A stretch of DNA of 6,418 nucleotides from a virus, in the IMG/VR virus record IMGVR_UViG_3300013371_000001. One strand, given 5' to 3'. The notes below the pieces were generated by a model. The model searched no databases and was not told where the DNA came from. It saw only the letters and a program-made list of their open reading frames with translations. This document shows, in pieces, positions 1-5,536 of the stretch; position 1 is the stretch's first letter; each line of letters begins with the position of its first letter. The translations under genes and the position numbers were made by a program.

Positions 1-951
1 AAGCTCCGCCAAGGTCATAATGTGTTTGGTGATGACGATATTGAATTAGGGGCTATGGAGATGATTGGGTATTTTTATGAAGCTTATCCAACGTTAGCTC
101 GCATGATTGACTGGACTACTGCATGGGTATCACACATTGATGTGACTTACTCTGCACGTGTTGGTGATCAGAATACAGCTAAGAAATTGCATGACTTCAT
201 GCGTCGCGTGACTAATGGTCAGACGCAACTTAGTCAAAAGCAGATGGATAATACAATTTATTGGGGCGGGCAACATTCACGTTTGATTAATATCAAATGT
301 TACTTGAAACATAATGAGTTTATGGAAGAGTTCAAGGAACAACAAGCATTGGCTAAGAAGTGTGATAAAGCTGCAATGCGTGTCGTGAATGTAATGTCTG
401 ATAGTCGTTTGATTAATTGGACTGTTGGCATTATGCGTTTTGAAGCACGTTTAAAAAAACGTTGGCTTGAACGTGCTGGTATTCCAGTTAATCTTTTTGA
501 ACTTATTCGATTTCAGCGTGAAAACCCTGAGATATTACAAGCACTTTGGACTAAAGCAACTCATAGCATATTTGAAGCCTTAAGGGGTCAAACTATGAAA
601 TTAACCGATGATAAAAGTGTTCTTGAAGCCATATCTAAATCCCCAGTAGTTGTTACAAACAGTGGGAAGGTTTCCCAAACACGTATCCGAAATATTTACG
701 CAACATTCTGTCTCATACGCGAACATGGTTTGGAAGAGCTTGCAAAAATGCTCCCTAAAACAACATTTTACAGACAGATTTCAGAATTATGTGAATGCGG
801 TTTTTCTAAAGCGTATTTACAGAACTTGCATGACAACAAGTCATCAAATGTCATTCCTTTCATGAAGCTCGTAGAAATCGACTTTTCACAGCAGTTGCCA
901 GACTGGTATGAACCGCCAGTTTCGCAATTTAACTATTTAAAACTTGCATAG
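1..951 (+). CDS. gII: Replication initiation (nicking) protein pII, C-terminal 316 aa; the 5' end is cut by the window edge and continues from 6039..6311
   Basis: The frame is open from base 1 (KLRQGHNVFGDDD...), with stop TAG at 949..951. The motifs IKASPAKLRQGHNVFG, RFEARLKKRWLERAGIPVNLFELIRF and IDFSQQLPDWYEPPV closely match what I recall of M13/f1 pII (IKASPAKVLQGHNVFG, RFEARIKTRYLKSFGLPLNLFDAIRF, VDFSSQRPDWYNEPV). Confidence 0.95.
   Translation, partial: KLRQGHNVFGDDDIELGAMEMIGYFYEAYPTLARMIDWTTAWVSHIDVTYSARVGDQNTAKKLHDFMRRVTNGQTQLSQKQMDNTIYWGGQHSRLINIKCYLKHNEFMEEFKEQQALAKKCDKAAMRVVNVMSDSRLINWTVGIMRFEARLKKRWLERAGIPVNLFELIRFQRENPEILQALWTKATHSIFEALRGQTMKLTDDKSVLEAISKSPVVVTNSGKVSQTRIRNIYATFCLIREHGLEELAKMLPKTTFYRQISELCECGFSKAYLQNLHDNKSSNVIPFMKLVEIDFSQQLPDWYEPPVSQFNYLKLA
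595..951 (+). CDS. gX: pX-like protein (118 aa) from an in-frame internal start within gII
   Basis: ATG at 595..597 is in the gII frame and is preceded by AAGGGG (582..587) at 7-nt spacing. The product starts MKLTDDKSVLEAISKS, which aligns with the recalled M13 pX start MNIYDDSAVLDAIQSK. The size is similar to Ff pX (111 aa). Confidence 0.6.
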   Translation: MKLTDDKSVLEAISKSPVVVTNSGKVSQTRIRNIYATFCLIREHGLEELAKMLPKTTFYRQISELCECGFSKAYLQNLHDNKSSNVIPFMKLVEIDFSQQLPDWYEPPVSQFNYLKLA

Positions 952-958
952 GTGAGCT

Positions 959-1294
959 ATGAATAATTCACAACATCCAATTATGACAGTTACAGGCATC
1001 CGTAAGGCTGCTGGAGACTTTACAGACGATAAAGGCAAAACAATCGAGTTCTCAAACACGGTTGTAACTGTATTACAGAATTACTCTGAGCGTGAACTTG
1101 AACAAGGTGCAATCGGATTCAAATCTACCGATTATAAAATCAAAGGCGCTCAGTTCTTTAATGATTACATGCACCAGAAGCTACCAGCCGAGGCTGCAAT
1201 GATCTTTGATTGGGATTTCACAGGTAAACAGCCAAAGGCTGTATTAGTGGCGTTAGATTTCAATGCGAAGAAACAGGAAGTTAAATCGCTATGA
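959..1294 (+). CDS. Putative ssDNA-binding protein (gene V position), 111 aa
   Basis: The ATG lies just after the gII stop, with AGGTGAG at 950..956. It occupies the syntenic position of Ff gene V and has a small soluble mixed-charge sequence. I recognised no direct similarity to Ff gVp, so the call is positional. Confidence 0.5.
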   Translation: MNNSQHPIMTVTGIRKAAGDFTDDKGKTIEFSNTVVTVLQNYSERELEQGAIGFKSTDYKIKGAQFFNDYMHQKLPAEAAMIFDWDFTGKQPKAVLVALDFNAKKQEVKSL

Positions 1295-1446
1295 TCAATA
1301 TAAATCATTTTAAATCAGTTGTTTGCGCTGACTGTGGCGTTAAGTTTAAACCAGCATCACGATATTTAGAGTTGGGTGCTCACAAACCACATTGCACGCA
1401 AATGGGTGCTGAAATGGTAAAAAAGCCAACACAAACAAAGGCATAA
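1291..1446 (+). CDS. Small zinc-finger-like protein A, 51 aa (MININHFKSVVCADCGVKFKPASRYLELGAHKPHCTQMGAEMVKKPTQTKA)
   Basis: The ATG overlaps the upstream stop (ATGA at 1291..1294), suggesting translational coupling. It has a C-x2-C-x3-F-x5-Y-x5-H-x3-C pattern and is a paralogue of the next small ORF. It is not in the supplied ORF track because it is too short. Confidence 0.55.
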   Translation: MININHFKSVVCADCGVKFKPASRYLELGAHKPHCTQMGAEMVKKPTQTKA

Positions 1447-1458
1447 ATATACCATTTC

Positions 1459-1472
1459 GTATAATGTATAAT
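1459..1472 (+). promoter_or_regulatory. Tandem GTATAAT GTATAAT, two candidate -10 boxes upstream of zinc-finger ORF B
   Basis: There are exact TATAAT hexamers at 1460..1465 and 1467..1472 in the 62-bp gap between the two small ORFs. I found no convincing -35 element. Confidence 0.3.
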
Positions 1473-1508
1473 ATGTAAATAAATCAATAACTTAGGTGTA
1501 TTTTTACT

Positions 1509-1598
1509 ATGACAGAATATGTTTATACATGCAAGAAGTGCGGTAAAAAGTTTACAAAACACTCTAGTTATTGCATCCATTTTTACAAGTGTAAATAA
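1509..1598 (+). CDS. Small zinc-finger-like protein B, 29 aa (MTEYVYTCKKCGKKFTKHSSYCIHFYKCK)
   Basis: The ATG is preceded by AGGTG (1494..1498). The spacing Y-x-C-x2-C-x3-F-x5-Y-x2-H-x3-C equals the classical C2H2 finger spacing with Cys as the last ligand. It shares CxxCGxKFxxxSxY with ORF A. Confidence 0.5.
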   Translation: MTEYVYTCKKCGKKFTKHSSYCIHFYKCK

Positions 1599-1667
1599 CA
1601 GATACCACTGGCTTTTGGGGGCGTGGTTTTAAAGCGCAAGTCAGTGGTTCTATTGGGGATTAAGAGT

Positions 1668-1880
1668 ATGCAGATTGATGATTGCACAGCCACAACGGTA
1701 ATCAATGGGGTCAATTACTGCGTACTCGTCATACATCAACAAAGCTGGCTAGACGAACTCAACAATTTATCCGTTGTCCAAGTTGGTCTCTTACTGTCTA
1801 GCACAGCGTTGATTTGGTACGTTGCTTGGGGCATACGTGCCACTTTAGACCTACTTGGGCACACTTCTAACGAGGAATAA
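1668..1880 (+). CDS. 70-aa single-pass membrane protein, possible minor coat or coat-paralogue protein
   Basis: ATG at 1668 (GGGGA at 1655..1659) is preferred over the GTG at 1623. It has a hydrophobic segment VVQVGLLLSSTALIWYVAWGI. Its stop lies 3 nt before the coat gene ATG. Its C-terminal YVAWGIR matches YVGWGIR of the coat protein at both protein and DNA level. Confidence 0.5.
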   Translation: MQIDDCTATTVINGVNYCVLVIHQQSWLDELNNLSVVQVGLLLSSTALIWYVAWGIRATLDLLGHTSNEE

Positions 1881-1883
1881 CTC

Positions 1884-2147
1884 ATGGACAATAAAGAACA
1901 AACTCCAAACACTAACCAAGAAACTAAAAAGGTAATCACTGCTGCTAAACGTGCCGTGATGACTGCGGGTGTAGTAATTGCTACAACTGCAACTGCCTTT
2001 GCTGCTGATGGGGATACAACTATTGACTTAACTACTGGCTTGGCTGGTGTTGCGATTGTTGCGGGTCTTCTTTCAGCGGGTAGCTTGAAAGCTGTACCGA
2101 CATACGTTGGTTGGGGAATCCGCAAAGCATTGTCAATGCTTCGTTAA
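1884..2147 (+). CDS. gVIII: Major coat protein precursor (pVIII-like), 87 aa; predicted mature form is 47 aa
   Basis: GAGGA at 1872..1876 lies 7 nt before the ATG. There is a signal-like segment VMTAGVVIATTATAFA with an AxA cleavage motif. The predicted mature peptide is ADGDTTIDLTTGLAGVAIVAGLLSAGSLKAVPTYVGWGIRKALSMLR, with the acidic N-terminus, hydrophobic core and basic C-terminus expected of an inovirus coat protein. A terminator follows it, as in Ff. Confidence 0.85.
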   Translation: MDNKEQTPNTNQETKKVITAAKRAVMTAGVVIATTATAFAADGDTTIDLTTGLAGVAIVAGLLSAGSLKAVPTYVGWGIRKALSMLR

Positions 2148-2157
2148 TTGACAATAG

Positions 2158-2207
2158 AAAAAAGCTGGGAGGAGCGCACAGCTGTACGCACCGCACCCAG
2201 CTTTTTT
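2158..2207 (+). terminator. Rho-independent terminator after the coat gene
   Basis: AAAAAAGCTGGG (2158..2169) pairs with CCCAGCTTTTTT (2196..2207). The stem is GC-containing and ends in a T6 run. The position is equivalent to the strong terminator after Ff gene VIII. The flanking A and T runs make it potentially bidirectional. Confidence 0.8.
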
Positions 2208-2227
2208 CATAACTGGAGAAAAGCGAA

Positions 2228-2290
2228 GTGACCGTCTATTACATCATTGTTGTGGCTCTTGCGTTGTGGATCGTCTTGTCGGGGAAATAG
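2228..2290 (+). CDS. Hypothetical 20-aa hydrophobic micro-ORF (MTVYYIIVVALALWIVLSGK, GTG start)
   Basis: GGAGA at 2214..2218 lies 9 nt before the GTG at 2228. The product is entirely one hydrophobic helix, and its stop TAG (2288..2290) lies 1 nt before the pIII ATG. It may be a pVII/pIX-type minor coat protein or a leader peptide, or it may not be expressed. Confidence 0.25.
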   Translation: MTVYYIIVVALALWIVLSGK

Positions 2291-2291
2291 T

Positions 2292-3707
2292 ATGGTTATA
2301 CGTTTATTACTAATCTGTCTTGCTTTATTCACTGTTGAGGCTCATGCAACTGATGATGGTGATTGGTGGCTTCAACGTGAAATTAAGCTACAGCAGAACC
2401 GTGAGGATTATGCAAGACGTGTCTATGGTCGATCTGCTAGATCATTTATTGAAACAGATCCAGTAACAGCTAAGAGTAAAACAGTTACCAAAATTGCAAT
2501 TGCTGAAGCTTCGCCAACTGCTTCTAAAGTAGGCTCTTCAATGTTTAAACGCGTGGCTTTTTATGCAAAGAATCCAGGCGTACAAATGGTTGGGGTTATG
2601 GCTGTGACTCAGCTTATTGAAGCAATTGGCTGGGTAATGGAAGATGGTGCATATGTAAAGAAAAAGCCTGTAGAACCGAACGATCCAAACGATCCTAGAT
2701 TGCAATATTACTATCAGAGTAGTTCTTTTGGGGTTACAAAAAAGTTTGGCACCAATAGTCAAGCTGCTACAGATATTTGTACTCGTAATGCTCAAGGCTA
2801 TGGTTGGATACTTGTTTCAGCTACTCCTTATAATTGGGGACCGACTGAAGTCGGACAAAGGGATGCAAAATGTATTATTAAGCGTTCTCCAACAGATGCC
2901 AACGAAACATTTAATTGGGGTTATCAACGTATTGTTAACCCAATTTATGACCCAAATGCACCTAAACCACCAGATCAAATCATTCCTTTGACTCCAGAAT
3001 TGCTCGGGGCTGCAATGATGGGTGAAGGTTATCATGATCCTGTAGATTCAACTGTTGATAGTAAAGTTAATACGGGTTTAATGGATCAATCTGTAGCTGA
3101 TTCTTATAGTCATGCTGGAAATGGTGTGGGTGATGAATTAGCCAATGATATGGATTATCAAATTAAAAATGCTCCATTAACACCAGATGGGCAACCAGCG
3201 CCTTTTGGCGATCCCCGCTATAAAACACCGCCATTATCAGATAAGCCTTTTATGAATGATCGTTCATGGCGTACCGATGGTGGTACTGCTGATGGTAAAG
3301 CCGAACCTATTAAAGACCCAGACGGAAATCCAACTGGTGGACAATCTTTATCTATTCAATTTCCAGTTTTTTGCGAATGGGCTTTTACGGTCTGTAAATG
3401 GTATGACGACTGGAAAAAAACAGATCAATGGATGAAGGATGAACCAGAACTAAAGGATGAAAAGTTTGAAGTACAAGATGAGGATTTACCCGGTTATCAA
3501 CATGTTGATTATGTGAAGTTTGGGCAAACATGTCCTTTTATGCCTGAATCAGTTGTATTTGATTATGGTATTGGTCAGATGGCTTTTGATGCTGATGCTT
3601 CAATTCTTTGTACCTATGGAGAAATTGCACGGCCTTATATCATCGGTATTAGTCATCTTGGCTGTCTAATTTACTTGTTATTTGCTTTAAGAAATGGAGC
3701 TGTCTAA
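2292..3707 (+). CDS. gIII: Minor coat / adsorption protein (pIII-like), 471 aa
   Basis: ATG at 2292 (GGGGA at 2281..2285) is preferred over the TTG at 2247. It has a signal peptide MVIRLLLICLALFTVEAHA followed by TDDGD. The C-terminal membrane anchor PYIIGISHLGCLIYLLFALRNGAV resembles the recalled Ff pIII C-terminus (...FANILRNKES). Its size and position after gVIII fit pIII. Confidence 0.8.
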   Translation: MVIRLLLICLALFTVEAHATDDGDWWLQREIKLQQNREDYARRVYGRSARSFIETDPVTAKSKTVTKIAIAEASPTASKVGSSMFKRVAFYAKNPGVQMVGVMAVTQLIEAIGWVMEDGAYVKKKPVEPNDPNDPRLQYYYQSSSFGVTKKFGTNSQAATDICTRNAQGYGWILVSATPYNWGPTEVGQRDAKCIIKRSPTDANETFNWGYQRIVNPIYDPNAPKPPDQIIPLTPELLGAAMMGEGYHDPVDSTVDSKVNTGLMDQSVADSYSHAGNGVGDELANDMDYQIKNAPLTPDGQPAPFGDPRYKTPPLSDKPFMNDRSWRTDGGTADGKAEPIKDPDGNPTGGQSLSIQFPVFCEWAFTVCKWYDDWKKTDQWMKDEPELKDEKFEVQDEDLPGYQHVDYVKFGQTCPFMPESVVFDYGIGQMAFDADASILCTYGEIARPYIIGISHLGCLIYLLFALRNGAV

Positions 3708-3985
3708 TGCTTAAATTTCTGGCGAAGTTAACCGAGTGGCTTTTAAAAAACTCAGTTCAAAAGGTTCTGACTGGTGCGGGTTTATCGGTTGTTTCTTACT
3801 TATCAGTTGTAGCTGTAATAAGGGTTGCATTTGAAAGATTAATTAATTCAGTTAATAGCGTATCTGCTGACCTACTTAATTTTATGGGGATATGTGGTCT
3901 TGATTACGCGTTAAGTGGATTTGTTTCTGTAGCTGTTTTCTTGATGACAATTAAACAAGGCAGCTTATCTTTGAGGAAAAAATAA
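3707..3985 (+). CDS. gVI: Minor coat protein (pVI-like), 92 aa, multi-pass hydrophobic
   Basis: It starts in a TAATG overlap with the pIII stop, with GGAG at 3696..3699. It has two to three hydrophobic segments. It sits between gIII and gI as in Ff, the slot commonly occupied by a small membrane protein upstream of Zot-family genes. Confidence 0.7.
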   Translation: MLKFLAKLTEWLLKNSVQKVLTGAGLSVVSYLSVVAVIRVAFERLINSVNSVSADLLNFMGICGLDYALSGFVSVAVFLMTIKQGSLSLRKK

Positions 3986-5199
3986 TGAGTGAATCTGCTG
4001 GCGGTACGTTCCGATTAGTATGTGGTCAGATCGGTGCGGGTAAGTCTTATTTGTATGTCAAACAAGTTGAAGAAGAAGTAAAAAAAAGCGGTAAATATAA
4101 AAAGATTTATTCAAACATTCGTGCACATGCTGAATTAGCTGAAGGTATTACACCGCTTCCTGATGATTGGCGAGAATGTGAACCTGATAGCCTTGTTATT
4201 ATTGATGAGGTGCAGAAGCATGAGAAGTTTAGTAAACACTTCTCTAGCCGTAGGGATAGTGAGATTGTAGACCTTACAATGATTCGACATCAGCGTTTAG
4301 ATTTATGGCTTATTAGTCCTAATCCTGCGTTAGTAAACAGTGATGTACGTAATCTTGTTACTCAATACTTTTGGCTTGAAGTTGTAGGGGCTAAAACAAC
4401 CAAATGTTATTGTTTCACTAAGGTTTATAACAGTATTACTAAATCGATTAAACAGCAGGCTTATGATGAGTTTGTTTATACAATCGAAGAGAAATATCAC
4501 AAGCTATATAAATCTACTGAAGACGGAATAGCTTCAGGGCGTAACTATAATTTTAATGTTAAGTTATGGGGGTTTATTGGGGGCTTGGTTTTCGTTGTCA
4601 TAATCGCGTGTTTACTTGTTGCATTCTTGGCTAAAGGTACGAAAACAAAAGTAGATCAAATGTCTACTGCTCAAAAGAATGATGCAGAACAAGCACAGAA
4701 AACAAAAGAAGAGAACAAAGATAAATTAGGTGTTATATCAAAGCTAACTGATGAAGAATGTAGAAAGGGTGTAAATGTAGATAAGCCTGAATGCGTGGAA
4801 TATTTTAACCGCCTAACTAAAAATGGTGAGTCAGTTGGGCCTGCTGTACAACAAGTAAGTTATGACCCGTCTAAGCCTTTTGAATCAGCCGAAAAGATAC
4901 AAGAAACGGTAACCTATCAAGTTACTGCAAAGCCTGTGTTGTCTGGATGTATGACAGATCGTCACGGTAAGTTAGTCGGATATACTCAACAAGGTACGAT
5001 TATTCACGGCCTTAATCAGTCCGATTGCAAACGTATAATTAAGGGAGATCGTCCGTTTAATTACTTCGCTCAGCAGTCCGTACAACAACCTGTACAACAA
5101 GCAGTTCAGCAAGTTGCTACTAATCAGGCCTATCAGGCTAATAACTATGTTCAGGAAGGCTTAGAACGTAATCCAGTGAATGGCGCGAACCAATTATGA
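3985..5199 (+). CDS. gI: Phage assembly ATPase pI (Zot family), 404 aa
   Basis: It starts in a TAATG overlap with the pVI stop, with GAGGA at 3973..3977. It has Walker A GQIGAGKS near the N-terminus, Walker B-like LVIIDEVQ, and a central TM segment LWGFIGGLVFVVIIACLLVAFLA. The periplasmic C-terminal domain has Cys pairs and a Gln-rich tail. Confidence 0.93.
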   Translation: MSESAGGTFRLVCGQIGAGKSYLYVKQVEEEVKKSGKYKKIYSNIRAHAELAEGITPLPDDWRECEPDSLVIIDEVQKHEKFSKHFSSRRDSEIVDLTMIRHQRLDLWLISPNPALVNSDVRNLVTQYFWLEVVGAKTTKCYCFTKVYNSITKSIKQQAYDEFVYTIEEKYHKLYKSTEDGIASGRNYNFNVKLWGFIGGLVFVVIIACLLVAFLAKGTKTKVDQMSTAQKNDAEQAQKTKEENKDKLGVISKLTDEECRKGVNVDKPECVEYFNRLTKNGESVGPAVQQVSYDPSKPFESAEKIQETVTYQVTAKPVLSGCMTDRHGKLVGYTQQGTIIHGLNQSDCKRIIKGDRPFNYFAQQSVQQPVQQAVQQVATNQAYQANNYVQEGLERNPVNGANQL

Positions 5200-5242
5200 A
5201 TTTCTTCCCTCTGATTACAAAAACCGTCTATTTGATGTAACG

Positions 5243-5343
5243 TAGTGTCATAAAGGAGTGTCTTCAGGGGAATTGAGACACATCGAGTAAACAATTAAAT
5301 CTTGTACAATTTTTGAGTGTCTCAAGGCGTAGTCTAGACACTC
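5243..5343. repeat. Cluster of GAGTGTCT motifs forming two short inverted repeats
   Basis: GAGTGTCT occurs at 5256..5263 and 5315..5322. Its complement AGACACTC is at 5336..5343, with a partial GAGACAC at 5275..5281 and a half-site AGTGTC at 5244..5249. The potential stems are 5258..5263/5276..5281 (6 bp) and 5315..5322/5336..5343 (8 bp). The palindrome GTCTAGAC lies at 5332..5339. Confidence 0.6.
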
Positions 5344-5357
5344 CGACAAGGGGGTAT

Positions 5358-5501
5358 ATGATGATTATTTGGCAATTTATTAAAGATAATTTCGGCCTGT
5401 TTTTGTATTTTATTCTTGCGGTAGTTGTCTGTATACAATTTGCTCTAAAAACTCTTCGCGAGATTAAATATGAACAAGATGATGATCAATACATCCCCTA
5501 A
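5358..5501 (+). CDS. 47-aa small membrane protein (MMIIWQFIKDNFGLFLYFILAVVVCIQFALKTLREIKYEQDDDQYIP)
   Basis: AAGGGGG at 5348..5354 precedes tandem ATGs at 5358 and 5361; the TTG at 5313 in the ORF track is unlikely. It has one TM helix and an acidic tail. It sits where Ff carries gene IV. Confidence 0.55.
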   Translation: MMIIWQFIKDNFGLFLYFILAVVVCIQFALKTLREIKYEQDDDQYIP

Positions 5502-5536
5502 ATTGCCTAATATTTATACAATAAATTAATGCCTGA

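Noticed and set aside
1-107. Terminal 107-bp direct repeats as the ends of an IS, transposon or LTR-like element
   Set aside because: The repeat is internal to the gII reading frame and restores an intact gene when the ends are joined. There are no inverted terminal repeats and no transposase. This is circular permutation or a tandem array, not transposon ends.
650-865. 71-aa + strand ORF in an alternative frame inside gII
   Set aside because: It lies fully inside a well-supported gII/gX coding region. It has no SD and a low-complexity, unremarkable sequence, so it is most likely a chance ORF.
1380-1580. 66-aa minus-strand ORF spanning the zinc-finger ORF region
   Set aside because: It has no SD upstream of its ATG. 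Its Leu/Ile/Phe/Cys-rich composition is typical of the antisense of AT-rich coding DNA. It would run against the otherwise unidirectional operon. The two + strand micro-ORFs share a conserved Cys/His pattern, which explains the region better.
1604-1648. Interrupted inverted repeat ACCACTGGCTTT ... AAAGC(gcaagt)CAGTGGT after zinc-finger ORF B
   Set aside because: It could form a bulged hairpin, but it has no trailing T-run and so is not a classical intrinsic terminator. It also overlaps the possible GTG-extended start of the next ORF. The evidence is too weak to assign a function.
1623-1667. GTG (1623), TTG (2247) and TTG (5313) N-terminal extensions given in the ORF track
   Set aside because: In each case an in-frame ATG with a purine-rich SD lies 15 codons downstream (1668, 2292, 5358). 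For pIII the ATG start yields a proper signal peptide. The extensions overlap hairpin, terminator or repeat sequence.
1736-2125. 129-aa minus-strand ORF antisense to the coat genes
   Set aside because: It is the antisense of Ala/Val/Thr/Gly-rich coat coding sequence, which naturally lacks stops on the opposite strand. There is no start context, and the + strand genes have strong SDs and classic coat features.
2538-3035. Three short ORFs (2538..2795 -, 2728..2991 +, 2817..3035 -) inside gIII
   Set aside because: All lie inside the 471-aa pIII-like ORF. They have no ribosome-binding sites and a composition consistent with off-frame noise.
4540-4680. A pXI-like internal in-frame start in gI just upstream of the transmembrane segment, as in Ff
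   Set aside because: There is no in-frame ATG, GTG or TTG in the approximately 100 codons immediately preceding the TM segment. The next Met (MSTAQK, about 4660) lies after the TM, so it would not produce a membrane-anchored pXI equivalent.
3985-5199. Calling the Zot-family protein an enterotoxin
   Set aside because: Zot-family membership reflects the conserved pI assembly ATPase role in inoviruses. Toxin activity is specific to the Vibrio cholerae protein's C-terminal fragment and cannot be inferred here.
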